Source of the DNA: Tubiluchus corallicola
Lineage: Eukaryota; Animalia; Priapulida
DNA: 64,000 nt
Assembly (NCBI GenBank): GCA_030141605.1
Contig: JAQGDQ010000422.1
Location: 43,423 to 107,422 of the forward strand
Reading direction: 5' to 3'
The translations under genes were made by a program, and so were the position numbers. The notes under the pieces are model-generated. The model did not search any database. It saw nothing but the letters and a program-made list of their open reading frames with translations, and was not told where the DNA came from. Positions within the stretch are counted from its first letter, which is position 1, and each line of letters starts with the position of its first letter. Positions 27,800-40,672 of the stretch are shown here, piece by piece.

Positions 27800-28545
27800 C
27801 ATTTAGTTCTCTCTTCTCCTCACCTGTTCTCTCCTCACCTATCCTCTCCTCTGCTCAGCTGTCATCTCTTCTCCTCAGCTATCCTCTCCTCTCCTCACCT
27901 ATCCTCTCCTCTGCTCAGCTGTCCTCTCTTCTCCTCAGCTGTCCTCTCCTCTCCTCACCTATCCTCTCCTCTGCTCAGCTGTCCTCTCCTCACCTATCAT
28001 CTCTTCTCCTCACCTGTTCTCTCCTCACCTATCCTCTCCTCTGCTCCCTCAGCTGTCCTCCTCAGCTATCCTCTCCTTTACTCAGCTGCCCTCCTCAGCT
28101 GTCCTCTCCTCTCCTCTCCTCACCTATCCTCTCCTCTGCTCCCTCAGCTGTCCTCTCTTCTCCTCATCTATCCTCTCCTCTGCTCAGCTGTCCTCCTCAC
28201 CTATCCTCTGTTCTGCTCAGCTGTCCTCTCCTCTCCTCTCCTCACCTAACCTCTTTTCTCCTCAGCTGTCCTCTCCTCATCTATCCTCTCCTCTGCTCAG
28301 CTTTCCTCTCCTCACCTATCCTCTCTTCTCCTCACCTGTCCTATCCGGTCCTATCGTGTCCTGTCCTGCCCTTTTCTGTTTTGTTCTGTCTTTTCCTGTT
28401 CTGTTCTGGCCTATCCTGTCTGGTTTGGTCTAGTCCGTCTCGTTCTGTCCTTTCCTGGCCTGTCCATCCTGTGTTGTACTTTCCTGTTCTCCCCTGTCCT
28501 GGCGTGTCCTGTCCTGTCCTGTCCTGTCCGGTCTTGTCCTGTTCT
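27800..28545. repeat. Pyrimidine-rich low-complexity repeat (ctcct/cagctgt, then gtcct pentamers)
   Basis: Direct. Confidence 0.9.
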
Positions 28546-29084
28546 TAACGTTATACTTGCATGTCATCTAGCTTATCATTTCCGTCGTCAATACTGTCAT
28601 CATTGTTAGCAATGCATACCATCATTATTCATTGAATCACCATGCAGTAGCCTAGCGTAACACGTGTTTGATATTACTATACATTACGCAATACTGTACA
28701 AATAAGTGTCTTTTACTGTATGTACTGCTTCATTAGTGGCAGCGTGCTATGTAATCTAGAACGAACTAAATAAACATTTAATCAATTCGTCTCCAAAGCA
28801 AACAGGAGCAACATTGAGACACGACAAGGACAGCAAAAAACTTCAGACAAAAATAACGAAGTCATGTCTGTATTAAATTCCTGCGCTATGAATCCAAACT
28901 AACAACAACCTGGCAGTGCTGCTAAAAAAGCAGATTATAATCACATGTGATTTCAAATAGTTGACAGATAAATTATAAATTTTTTGATTATTATCAAAGT
29001 TAAATGTAGCAGACAGCAATTAATGTAGCTTCTTTAATTAATTATCAATGTAATCAAAATAGCTGGTCTTAACTCAATATTACG

Positions 29085-29480
29085 TTTTCAGGTTAAACAT
29101 ACGGACCAATAAATTCATAGTTAAAACATTACGACTTTATTAAAACTTTTAATTTACGTACTTAGAAAAAATCATGTCGGACCTACTGCTGTCATCATCA
29201 GTGGTAAATTTTACAAACATGCAATCAGTTTATATAGGCACAGTTTACAGTATAGAACAATATGGGTTATTTATGTATTTAACAGAAGCCAAATAGGTAA
29301 TGATTAAGCAGACCAGTAGAAAGAAACTGATACAGTAACAAATAGCTAAATGAAAATATTTCATTTTAAATGGTGTTTGAAAATAAAGTTAAAGGAATTG
29401 AACTACTTTGCACATTAAGAGAAGGCTTATTAGGGTACATAGAAAAACTTTCTTTTATTAATAAGTCCCAGTTATTTTTA
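29085..29480 (-). mobile_element. Penelope-like remnant, inverted relative of 33900-34310
   Basis: Reverse complement ttaccactgatgatgacagcagt.. matches 34161-34183; flanks also align. Confidence 0.55.
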
Positions 29481-30723
29481 GTTTTGGTCACAATGTTGAA
29501 ATTATTAAAATCACCTTTATGGCCAAAGGCTCAAATATGGTCACTAATGCTGAATTGAGGAGAATATTTTAATTTCTTGCCAGTTCTAGAGGAAATACCC
29601 AAATTTTCATAAATTCTTACTGTAAAGTGTCTGGATTTCTCAAATTAGTGCCAACTATCGGTCAATAAATCAAATTTAAATTAAAACATTAGAGCGGAAA
29701 TATTTCTGCGAAAACGATACTGAAAAATGAAATTATTTTTATTGCTGGTTGTCGAGCCACCAGTTTCCACGTAGTAATATAACTAAATAGGTCACGATGA
29801 TTTGATTTAATTGATTTAACTCTTTATTTCGAACCAAGTTCATAGAATACATAACATACAATAATTACAAGACATACAATAATTATAACACCTCCTCTCA
29901 ACACATGCAAATTAATACATAAATAAATAAAATAACAGTACAATCTATATATATATATATATATATACAATATCATGCGTCCAGCCTGAATCGTCACTCA
30001 TAATTTCTACCTAACACTTTCCTCCATTGGTCTCTTATGTCTGAAGTCTAAAATGCATCACTGTTATTCAATGCTTTTATAAGAAGATTTGAGCTTTGCA
30101 TTACTCTACTGTATAAACTGTATGCAGTTTTCCTACGTATTACATCAAAGTATAAAACATCGTGGTCTACTGAAATGGTCCTAGAACTATAATCATATGG
30201 GTAGTTGAAAAGTTTGCGTTTTGAAATATTGTGAGCTACTTTAAGTTTGCTGAGACTGTAGTTATAAAAATGTCGCCAGGTAATGAAAAACAGATGAAAA
30301 ACAGTGTAATGTTCTACTTACCTCATGACAAAATTAACAGAAGCACGCGTCAAATATGCGATGAATATTAACAGATATAAACAAAGTTTCTGAAATAAAA
30401 CTGAAGTTCAGCGAGTGGTGTCTGGTTTTCACAATACGAGAAAACTTGCCAACAGCAAAAGCGCGCATTCCAGAAAGCACAAGGTTGAACGCATCTGTTG
30501 AAGCCAAACTTACACGGTTAAGCTGAAGCCATAAACACGAGCGCCTCTGGCTTAAAACCTGAGAAAGAGAAGCTTTAGTCGAAGCTTTAATGCATCTGCT
30601 TGCTGCTATTTAGAGCAGTTGTAAAAACACTTCCGTATAGCTATTAATGTTAACTTTGTTTAAAAATCCAGGGCGACTTTAAACAGTGAAAATCTAATGC
30701 CGTGTGAATGATCTATAAATTAA

Positions 30724-31612
30724 TTGTAGACAGCTGATGCAATAAATGGGTGGTGCGGGCAGATGTACACTTTCTGTGATGCTTTTTCCACGTCTGATCA
30801 TTCAAGAAGTGTGGGTTTTCATCGAAAGATTATAATTAATCAGCTGATGCAATAAATGGGTGGTGCGGGCAGATGTACACTTTCTGTCATGTTTTTTCCA
30901 CGTCTGATCATTCAAGAAGTGTGGGTTTTCATCGAAAGATTATAATTAATCAGCTGATGCAATAAAAGGGTGGTGCGGGCAGATGTACACTTTCTGTCAT
31001 GTTTTTTCCACGTCTGATCATTCAAGAAGTGTGGGTTTTCATCGAAAGATTATAATTAATCAGCTGATGCAATAAAAGGGTGGTGCGGGCAGATGTACAC
31101 TTTCTGTCATGTTTTTTCCACGTCTGATCATTCAAGAAGTGTGGGTTTTCATCGAAAGATTATTATTAATCAGCTGATGCAACAAAAGGGAGGTGCGGGC
31201 AGATGTACACTTTCTGTCATGTTTTTTCCACGTCTGATCATTCAAGAGATGTGGGGTTTCATCGAAAGATTATAACTAATCAGCTGATGCAATAAAAGGG
31301 AGGTGCGGGCAGATGTACACTTTCTGTCATGTTTTTTCCACGTCTGATCACTCAAGAGATGTGGGTTTTCATCGAAAGATTATAATTAATCAGCCGATGC
31401 AATAAATGGGAGGCGCGGGCAGATGTACACTTTCTATCATGTTTTTTTCATGTGTGATCATTCAATACAAGTGGTCTTTCGTCGAAAGATTATAATTAAT
31501 CAGCCGATGCAATAAATGGGAGGTGCGGGCAGATGTACACTTTCTATCATGTTTTTTTCATGTGTGATCATTCAATACAAGTGGTCTTTCGTCGAAAGAT
31601 TATAATTAATCA
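30724..31612. repeat. 110-bp tandem repeat, 8 copies
   Basis: cagc(t/c)gatgcaa at 30731, 30841, 30951, 31061, 31171, 31281, 31391, 31501. Confidence 0.97.
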
Positions 31613-33255
31613 TTGTGAGGATAGAAACAAAAATGTATGATAAATTTGGGTCAAACTAGTTGCAATATTGCTGTTCACACCTTCAAATGTGTGACGCGTG
31701 TTTAAAGGGAAAAACAAGTGTAAAGTAAGGGCGAATTTTGAAGGTAATTTGATACTTTAACGCGGGAGAAACGCTGTAACCAAAGTCGAAAAGCGTGAGT
31801 AGAAAGAGAAACATGTTTATATGCAGAACGCCGTACTTGTGTTTTAAACTGCTATAAAAAGAGAAAGAGTTAATTGAAATGCTAACATATATATTTTACA
31901 ATATTTACAAACACAAATAATATTAATAACAGGTCAATAAACGAACAACATTAATTGACATGAGCATAAACGTTTATGAAAACTAATCTATTAGTAAAAA
32001 TATGGTCATCAATTCCGCGTGAAATGAAAACTCTTAATCTTTATCAATTTAAAAAAACGGATCAAAAAATTACCTACTACAACGGTATAATTCACTTACA
32101 ATTTTACTCATCCTGATCTTAAGTTACTAACAAAACTTATTTTGTTCTAATGTGCGTTATAACTGATGAAAATACTATGCAATTCTAATTGTCAATTGTT
32201 CCACTTATCTGGAGGAGGACTCGAAAGCTCAATGCTCCTTCCTCCTCCTCCCCAGTAACTCGTTTGGTTTATAATTGTTTTCAATGTAACAACAATTTGT
32301 ATGTATGTTTGTGTTGCTGTGGAATAAATACATAATTCATTCAAGTAAACCATCTAAAGGGTGTATCTGTGTGGTCTAAGACACAGTATCTACACATTAT
32401 CAATGATTTAGTTTGGCAGGCCTTTATAACATACGTAATTCATAATATCTAAAAATAGGTTCGTGTACAAGTTTAAGATCACGTATGCCATGCAAGGTTG
32501 AAACAAGATGAATGCAGCTTCAACAAGTGTTTGAAATCGCGACTGTCTTATACTTGGCAAAAGTCGGTCACAAAAAGGTGATTTTAAAGCATATCCAAAA
32601 CAAATTTCCATAGAAAGTATATTGCTTACCGTTCCGTTTACCTGTTTGAAATTAAAAAAGAAAATAATTAATAATTTGAAATATTTGCGCCATCTGGTAA
32701 ATCGCTACTGCATCGCCATCCCAAAATGCTTCACTGATTCACCAAAAATCACATCATTCATTTGAACGACAATATAGGGTATCTTAAACTTTTGCTTAGT
32801 TAGCAAAGAATTTGAAACGTATGACCTGATTATTTTTCCAAACTTTACGCAATGTTATCTAAACTTGTTTCAAACCACTTGACATTAAAATGACTGTACC
32901 TAATGGTCATTGCCTGAGTTTTAGTTTACAAGTTTCATACAGCGCTACTGTTAACGCGAGCTCTGTGTACAATAAGACAGCATGTAAGTGATATAAATTT
33001 TCAGGACAAATTTTTTAAGCTTTATTTATGCAGAGTATTTTCTTGTTCTTTAAACCATATTTTTGCCCACGGCAAGGACTATTTACACATTTGAGCTGCC
33101 TATTGACCATAAATGTATAATTTCCAAAATAGTTTATTTGGTTCAGATTAAACAGTTTTTAGAACTGATACATGAATCATCACCATGTAAAAATATGTAC
33201 AAGCAAAAGTGGAGAAAAATTAAAGTCGTATAAATACAAACAAAGACAAATAGAT

Positions 33256-33626
33256 TGTTGTGTTTTGTTTCTCTCGGAAGGCTCGTAAAGAAAACCAGAA
33301 AACACTTCGTCAAATTAAACTAGTTTATTAAGCGAGAATTCTACAACACAAAAGTATGAAGGAACGGGAAATGCTTACAGTAAACGTGAAAATCTGGAAA
33401 ACGTTTAAGTGTATCTGAAAATACAAGTATACAAGAGAATGTGTAAGTGGCGTCTGTGTGAATCTGCATGTGCCTCTCTCAGCGGCCTGCTTCGCCTTAT
33501 ATAGGGTGCCAGGGAACATTCTATACGTTTCTTTCTAGAACATTCTACAACGTAAGACGATTATTCTAATGGAACATTCTACAGTGTTCTATTTAATTCT
33601 AATAGATGCCAGCGATCTCCACAACA
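33256..33626 (-). mobile_element. Solo LTR (371 bp)
   Basis: TGTTGTG...CACAACA termini; exact 5-bp TSD TAGAT; TATA (~33500) then AATAAA (~33325) on minus strand. Confidence 0.85.
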
Positions 33627-33899
33627 TAGATGTGCATACTTATATATTTTACAAAGACATGTACACATACAGATGTGACACATTGAAGAATATAACATTT
33701 AAATGATAACAATGCGTGTCTTAAAATTCACCGTAAATACATAACAGGAACCAAAGGTCTGATCACGTTAAAACGTTTAGAACTCCTAACGTAATTTTGA
33801 ATACGATCAAAAATTTTACAGTTAACAGCAACATTAAAATCCATATATTGTTCAAATAAGCATTTATTCTGCTATTGATTGATATATACATATACTTTT

Positions 33900-34310
33900 T
33901 CAAATTCCTAGCTTCTTTAAAGTATGCATATTAGTAAAAGAAAGGTTATCCATGTACCCTAATAAGCCTTCTCTTAATGTAAAAAGCAATTCAATTCCTT
34001 TAACTTTATTTTCGAACACTTAGCTATTCTTTACTCATCAATTTCATTTCTGCAGGTCTGCTTAATCATTACCTATTTGGCTTCTGTTAAATACATATTA
34101 GTGCATAATGTTCTGTGCTGTAGGCTCTGCTTATATACCCTGGTTGTTGTTTATAAAAATTTACCACTGATGATGACAGCAGTTTCTCTGTCGAAACGTT
34201 TGACATGATGTTTTAACTATTTAAATTAAAAGTTTTAATAAAGTTGTGATGTTTTAACCATAAATGTTTTTAACTGCGTCGGTAAATTTAATGGTTTAAC
34301 TACCCATCAT
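33900..34310 (+). mobile_element. Penelope-like element remnant
   Basis: Contains CTGATGA-stem-GAAACGTT hammerhead-type motif followed by AATAAA; second copy at ~29.1-29.5 kb. Confidence 0.55.
34164..34203 (+). ncRNA. Minimal hammerhead ribozyme motif (Penelope type)
   Basis: CTGATGA(T) GACAG-cagtttct-CTGTC GAAAC GTT; stem II perfect, stem I weak. Confidence 0.6.
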
Positions 34311-34539
34311 GAACTAATCAAAAGGCTAATTAGCTGAAGGAGAAAGACATTGAAAAATTGTTAATCAGACACGATAGATGGCTCTGACTGATTACGTATT
34401 TCTAGGACGAGAATTTATAGCAGAGCAGATTTGAAAGCTGATCATTGAGCTTCGGTATCCGTTCTGCTTAAAAACACGATGAGACTACTTACTGTGATGC
34501 TGTAAAGTATGTTGATTTACAAAACTTGTAAGTATAGCA

Positions 34540-34997
34540 TTGGACTGAATTTGACTCAGGGGGTCGAAGTTGCGCATCATGAAGATCCATTTTACTATCG
34601 TTGTGGAACTGATTACTCAACTACAAATGTTAATTTTAATTACAAATGTTATGCTAATTAACTAAGTTAACGTCTGTAAACTAATAGCGTATACCTGTTA
34701 AAGCATGTCATTTAACTCTCATAAAATAAAAAAATTACACTGTACGGAGTTTATTATCACCACTAATAAAAATACACATGCACAAAAAATAACTGACTAA
34801 GGTAGTACCTGTGTCAGAAATCCCGGCTGTGGTGACCTCTACACGCTTTTATACTGGCATTACAGGTCAGCTGGCTTCTCACACCACGTGTAGGCCCAAA
34901 CAAGACGTCTGGACCTACAAGAAAGGGGTGAGTCGCTGCTGACGTGGAAGCAGGGCGTGTAGAGGACCCTACACCTGACCCGACACAGGTGCCTCCG
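34540..34997 (-). mobile_element. Repeat family E copy (GC-rich fold-back head plus AT-rich body)
   Basis: Reverse complement of 55835-56350. Confidence 0.85.
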
Positions 34998-35459
34998 TAA
35001 GAATATCTATTCTAAGATTCTCGAGACAAACTACATGAAACTGTTTCTGCTAGCTCTGAGCCAATAGCACAAATGACAGAGTGCTATTTGTGTGATTTAT
35101 TGTTTTTGTCGTATAAAATATACAAAAGTAAAACAATTATTATTTAAAAGCACAATAAAAACGGTATAGCATGTGAAGCAAAAAATGTTAAAAAAATCTG
35201 CAGCTGAGTTATTCTTGTGACATGAAGATGTTGAAATCTACTGACTGATTCGCCTGTTTATGAAGCAAAAATATATTCTCTTCTGTTTGTTGACCAATAA
35301 AAAGAGTAAAATGCGACCTAGTTAAAAAGCATCATATAAAGTACTAATGCAAAACTGAAATGACAAATATAAAAATAAGATAATTACAATACAAAATTAT
35401 GATTAGATGTAAATTCACAATTTAATGGAAAGTAAGTAAAGCCATTTCGATTTTCAGAT

Positions 35460-35887
35460 TGTGAAAGTTAGTTATGAAGTTGAACACTTGTAGAAAACAA
35501 CTAAACACCATATTACATGTTTGCACAAAACTGAAACACTTTTATTGCACTACATAGTTATATGTGACATGACTGCTAAACTACACTGAGGACCAGAGTG
35601 TCCTGCACTGATCACGAAGAATTAGACAGTGAGTCCCATGAGTTGCACGACTGCACTGCCTGAGACAGAGAGTGACTAGCAGTGAAATCTAGCCAGTTTA
35701 TATAGGTAGAGAACTATGCAAAAACTTGGCTTCACATATCCCATTACACTAAAAATAGGAGAGATCCAGTGAGTTTGCATATTCACTGGACCGAGCAATT
35801 GTACTAAGGGTGAGTTTAATTAGTAAAATGTTAAAGTAACTAATCAATAGATGGCAGCACCTAAAATATACAGTTACAACTTTCACA
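35460..35887 (-). mobile_element. Solo LTR (428 bp)
   Basis: TGTGAAAG...CTTTCACA; exact TSD CAGAT; shares tagatggcagcacct block with the 44066 and 48877 LTRs. Confidence 0.85.
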
Positions 35888-36132
35888 CAGATGTTTCACA
35901 TTTCTAACGTTTTTTACGTAAAATGGTATATTGTACCCTTCCATGTACATTTGTAATATTTTATATTTTATACCCTTCCATATTTTATACGACAAAAACC
36001 TTCCATGTACATTTGTAAATTAGAAATCTTTCGCTTTTACTATCACGTGACACACAATTTCAAACAAAGCATGTAAAATTGTAAAGTCTAGACATTCTTA
36101 AACAATACCAGACACAGACGCGCATAACTCGC

Positions 36133-36749
36133 TTAAAGCAAAACCGAACCCCATCTTAAACTGTAGGTCAAAACAATCTAATCTTTAAAATATTGAAAGT
36201 AAACGTACAATTTTTTCAAAAATGACTTACGTGAAACAATTATTACCACACAAAGTCAGTTTCACGTTCGCGCCACTAGTTCTTGTCTATTACAGGCATT
36301 TCGCCATTCTCTAGTTAGACGGGCACTAACGCCAGCATTTCGGAAATGCATTACACAAAAAACAGGTGCTGTACCTCTCAGTTCAGATGTGTTAGTTTGT
36401 GATGACCTGCACATGTTCGACAACTCAAGAGTGAGTACAGCGGCAAATTTGAATTTTTATCTTAAAACTTGCCTAGTTTTAGTACAACACGTTGAATGTC
36501 TTACAGTGACACTGTACTTCAATTTTCGCTTTCACCAAAACGTGCAACACGCTCGTGGAATATTTTTGCTGTTGAAAATTATGTTAGTTTGTGATGTCAT
36601 CAATAATTGGGCTCGCTTGCCGTTAAGTTTTTAATCTACAATTTAATTATCAGAAACGCTTTTGCAGTATTTATTGTGTTAAAATGCATACTTTTTATCG
36701 GACTTGAAAACGGGGTAGTATATGAAAAAATCATCCTGTCTTCCTTTAA
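36133..36749 (+). mobile_element. Kolobok-like MITE family A, full length
   Basis: ttaa|agcaaaacc ... tcctgtcttcct|ttaa. Confidence 0.85.
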
Positions 36750-36938
36750 AGTAATTTGTAATAATATATACGAGGAAGCAATTTAACGTTATGATAATTA
36801 CGCTGTTTTCAACATTTTATGGTGTCGCCATAGATTTTTCTCATTTCTTGTCAATATTTACGCGGTTTCAATGTAAACGGTAAACTTTCTTTCAATAATT
36901 AAAACCATAATTATTGTATTAGCAATCTTTTGGAACAC

Positions 36939-37487
36939 TTAAAGGAAGACCAGACGATTGTTTAGACTCAATCTCTCGTTTTAATTTGCTATACATTTTC
37001 TTGCCTGTGAAAGTTGGTAATTGTTTCTAGTATTTGAATAATTACCTTGTAAAGTTAATTAACGGCAAACGAACACAGCTATCGCTTACGTCACAAACTA
37101 GCCACAGTCTGTGCAATGGTAGACATCTTTCCTGTGCATCAAACACGTTTGCGCAAGCGAAGATTGCAATAAGACGCTGATGTGGTGTCAATAAAATGAG
37201 CTCTACGTCACACTGACGTCACAGACGTACACTGCAATTCATGACCATGCTTATCACGCTACCGCGCCTATTTGTCAGAAACGCGAATATGACATAAAGA
37301 CGTAATTGCCAGTGTCAGTAAATTCTTTGATCCTCGTATAGCTTTGAAAGTTTAACAATATTTAACTATCTGAGGTAATTATTATTTAATCTAAGCTTTG
37401 ATTTAAAAAAAGTGTTGTACTTTTCTATATATTAGAACATACTTTGTTTTGAACTAATGTCTACACAATCGTCCGGTTTTCCTTTAA
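36939..37487. mobile_element. Kolobok-like MITE family C
   Basis: ttaa|aggaagaccagacgattg ... caatcgtccggttttcct|ttaa; inverted copy at 42056-42602; end fragment at ~9360-9469. Confidence 0.85.
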
Positions 37488-37919
37488 AAATCCAGGTAAA
37501 TGAACTAATCTCTAAAAATAAAATAAGAGGATTAATGACACTAATATAGGGTATGAAACTTTTAATGGATATGGTACTGTTGCCGTGCTTTTAACGTTGT
37601 ATGATTCTTGTAACCAAGTACTGCATACGCCAACCTGTAAAAAAGTTAAAATACGATAAATATGATAGGATAATCATTTATATATTACATAATTATTAGC
37701 ATCCAATAAATACAGTAATTATTTCTATAAACAGAGTAACTTTATAGCCTGATGAATGATGCAGCTAGATTCCGATTACTGAAGTAATTAAGCAACTTTT
37801 TTTAAAAAAAATGGTCTCATAGGTCCTAAAGTTATGCAAAAAAACCTTTAGTTATTTTTCACAAATACCAGGCTATTGTTCAATTGTTCTTTATTTAACT
37901 TTCTTGACTGTCTTGTATC

Positions 37920-38355
37920 CATTGGCGGATTTAGGGGGTGGATCCGTGGGGCATGGACCCTTCCTTTCACAGTAACTGTTACAACACACCAAATTAAATA
38001 TTTCCTCTGAATTACTATAAGCATTAGAACATTTTGCTAAATCCTAAAGGTGCCTTGAATCTGTAAAAATCATATATCACAACAAAGCAGATGAAAGTTA
38101 TGTACATTATGTATGTTGTATAGTGTATATCAAAATATTGGTATTTAATTTTGAGTCAAAGGTGAGATGACACCTGTACTAAACTAGTGAGCTTCCTAGA
38201 GATGGTTTCTGGAAGGCAGAAAAGTGGTCTAAGGTGCAGCAAAAAGGTATTGTTTTCCGGGTGCACTCCACTGGGGAGGTTACACCGCTCCCTCAGACTC
38301 ACTAACTGCTTTTCTATTGGGCCCACTGCTGTTCTAAAACCTGTATCCGCCCCTG
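37920..38355. mobile_element. MITE with CAGGGGCGGAT-type TIRs (hAT-like)
   Basis: cattggcggat ... atccgcccctg flanked by GTATC on both sides. Confidence 0.65.
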
Positions 38356-38989
38356 GTATCACTTTTTACATAATCTCCAAGAAAGGCACTGAAATTCCAT
38401 TGATGGTTATACGTTGACGTCAAATGGGGTAAAAATTATATCTAAAAAGAAAACACTATACATGTGTACGAACCCATCTTTGATGTTCCTTCAATTTTTC
38501 AAACCAATAACTAGGCACTGAAGAGAACAATGTCACGCATGCACGGCTTGACACGTGGTGTTTCAGATCTTTGGCGTTTTTGCCAAATAATGGAATAAAT
38601 CATCAAAACTTTTGTAAGATTCGTTTTAGATGCATGATAACTACGGCTGAGCATTCTCTACCAGAAAGCGAATTCGAATCGAATCGAATTTGTGACTTGC
38701 GAGTTCGAATCGAACCGAATTTCAGTATTTAGAAACGAATTCGAATTGAGTTTGGAAGATTTTCGAACAAGTTTTTGAACCACTAGTAAAAAGTGGTCTT
38801 ACAAAGATCATACATATGACGTGATTTTGTTCTGCACTGAAACCGCTATTAATTTCTTATATATTTTGCACAGAAACTGCAGCTAAATTATGCTGATTGA
38901 ATGCTGTTTCAAACATTTTAATGATAAAGAACGTATGTGGCTGAAGTGCTGAATTATTCCAGTCCACAATTATTTTAGGATCGAATAGG

Positions 38990-39225
38990 ATTAAATCTTT
39001 CTGTGTAACATCTAAATATGTTAACATTTGTCCTCCTGCAGGTTTTTTAGCTGGTTCTATAGCTTGTTGAAGAGCTATCTTCACTGGAACATCATCAGGT
39101 AGTCTAAGCATGTGCCCAATCCATCTTAAACGGCGTCTTTTTATTTTTCTTGTCCAAGGTTCTTCTTTTATTTTTTCATATAGATCTTCGTTTGAAATTT
39201 TCTTTGGCCATCTAATACCCAAAAT
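38990..39225 (-). mobile_element. Non-LTR retrotransposon (RTE-like) ORF2 C-terminal fragment
   Basis: GIRWPKKISNEDLY...IKRRRLRWIGHMLRLP motif typical of RTE-type elements. Confidence 0.8.
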
Positions 39226-39380
39226 GTTTCTGTAATTTAATGTTAGTATTCGATTCGAATAAGTTTTTAATTCGAATACGATTCGATTCTAAAATAATTA
39301 TGGACTGGAATAATTCAGCACTTCAGCCACATATGTTCTTTATCATTAAAATGTTTGAAACGTCATTCAATCAGTATAAT

Positions 39381-39613
39381 TTAGTCACTGTTCACAGCTG
39401 CTAGCTTACTGTATCTTACCCGAGGTTCGGTACAATGCTTCTTGTTCTGTCCTATGCAGGCTGCGTAAGACATGGCGTGTGCAATGAATGACTGCTCGAA
39501 ATTCCCCCTGAACAAGTGAGACATGGGACCGCTAGCAAACACTGATACATCTTCACCACCATGTGGTTCTAACTTCAGAGGGACAGCCGACTCTTGACGA
39601 AAGTGAGGGTCCT
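39381..39613 (-). CDS. ALP: Alkaline phosphatase exon 9 (terminal)
   Basis: [44 protein letters not shown]; acceptor ttgccag|, phase 1; TAA at 39381-39383. Confidence 0.95.
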
Positions 39614-39659
39614 CTGGCAAGAATAATGAAACAAATTAAACCTTTCGTATCATAACAAG

Positions 39660-39871
39660 CAGTAGCGGCTCGCACAGGTACTGTCGAACTGCAGCACCCC
39701 CTATTTTCACTCATTGTTATGGATAATTTTCAATATAGTAAGTCTTTTTTCCTTAGTTCTTTCTTTATACTTGTACGGAACCAGAGCACGCGAGGGTAGC
39801 ACTGTTTGCTTCACAACCCAGCACAGTGCACTCCAGCAAATATTCGCGGAAGTGGTGCTGACAAGCCACTG
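39660..39871. mobile_element. Small MITE with CAGT(A/G)GC termini
   Basis: cagtagcggctcg ... caagccactg. Confidence 0.4.
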
Positions 39872-40435
39872 GCGTAGCAGTGTCTAGTTTTTTTGCTGGA
39901 TTACTGCTGCATTTACCTGTCCGAAGGCAGATTTCTTTTATTTTAGAATTCTGCCTGCCCAATGTCTACAATAGACGTGACGGGCGTATGATGATGATGA
40001 CTCCAGCAAAGTGGGATTTCGCCATTGTGCGCATGTTGCCATGTGCACATGTTTGAGCCCAGGTAGAGAAAGTACTGTCACTCACACAGTTTGTTGTCAG
40101 TTGTCACGTGTTAACCATGAATGGATCAAGCTTGAACTGCGACAATTTAGGCTATTAGTAAGCAAAAAATATCATGTTTAGGATTTTATCAAATTTTTGT
40201 ATACATTTTCACATGTTTAAAATTACAATTACAACATTAAAATCACGTATGTTTGTTTCGTTTTACACAGTATTACAACATGGCTAAAATTTTCTAAAGC
40301 AGCATCCCACTAAATTTAACTACGAGTCGACATTGATAACAAGCGCCATTTTGTTAAAGTTTTTGCTAAACAAAATAGCTAGATAACTAATCGCTGCTCT
40401 CCAAAACTCTGTGTTAAGGTACGACTCCGCGTGCA

Positions 40436-40672
40436 AGTAATGCGTGATGCGTGATCCGTAATGCGTATACAACAGTTTGCATTTAAACATGTAGAATTGT
40501 TTCCATGTGTAAGTGATGCGTGATCCGTAATGCGTATACAAGTGTTTACGTTTAAACATGTAGAATTGTTTCCATGTGTAAGTGATGCGTGATCTGTAAT
40601 GCGTATACAACAGTTTGTGTTTAAACATGTAGAATTGTTTCCATGCGTACGTGATGCGTAATCCGTAATGCG
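40436..40672. repeat. 69-bp tandem repeat, ~3.4 copies
   Basis: gtgatgcgt at 40444, 40513, 40582, 40651. Confidence 0.9.

Noticed and set aside
27574-28548. 324-aa S/L/P ORF
   Set aside because: Low-complexity pyrimidine repeat
32630-32641. Apparent 12-nt microexon (cag|GTAAACGGAACG|gtaagc) on the minus strand
   Set aside because: Falls within a diverged family B repeat whose other copies have similar sequence; no gene context
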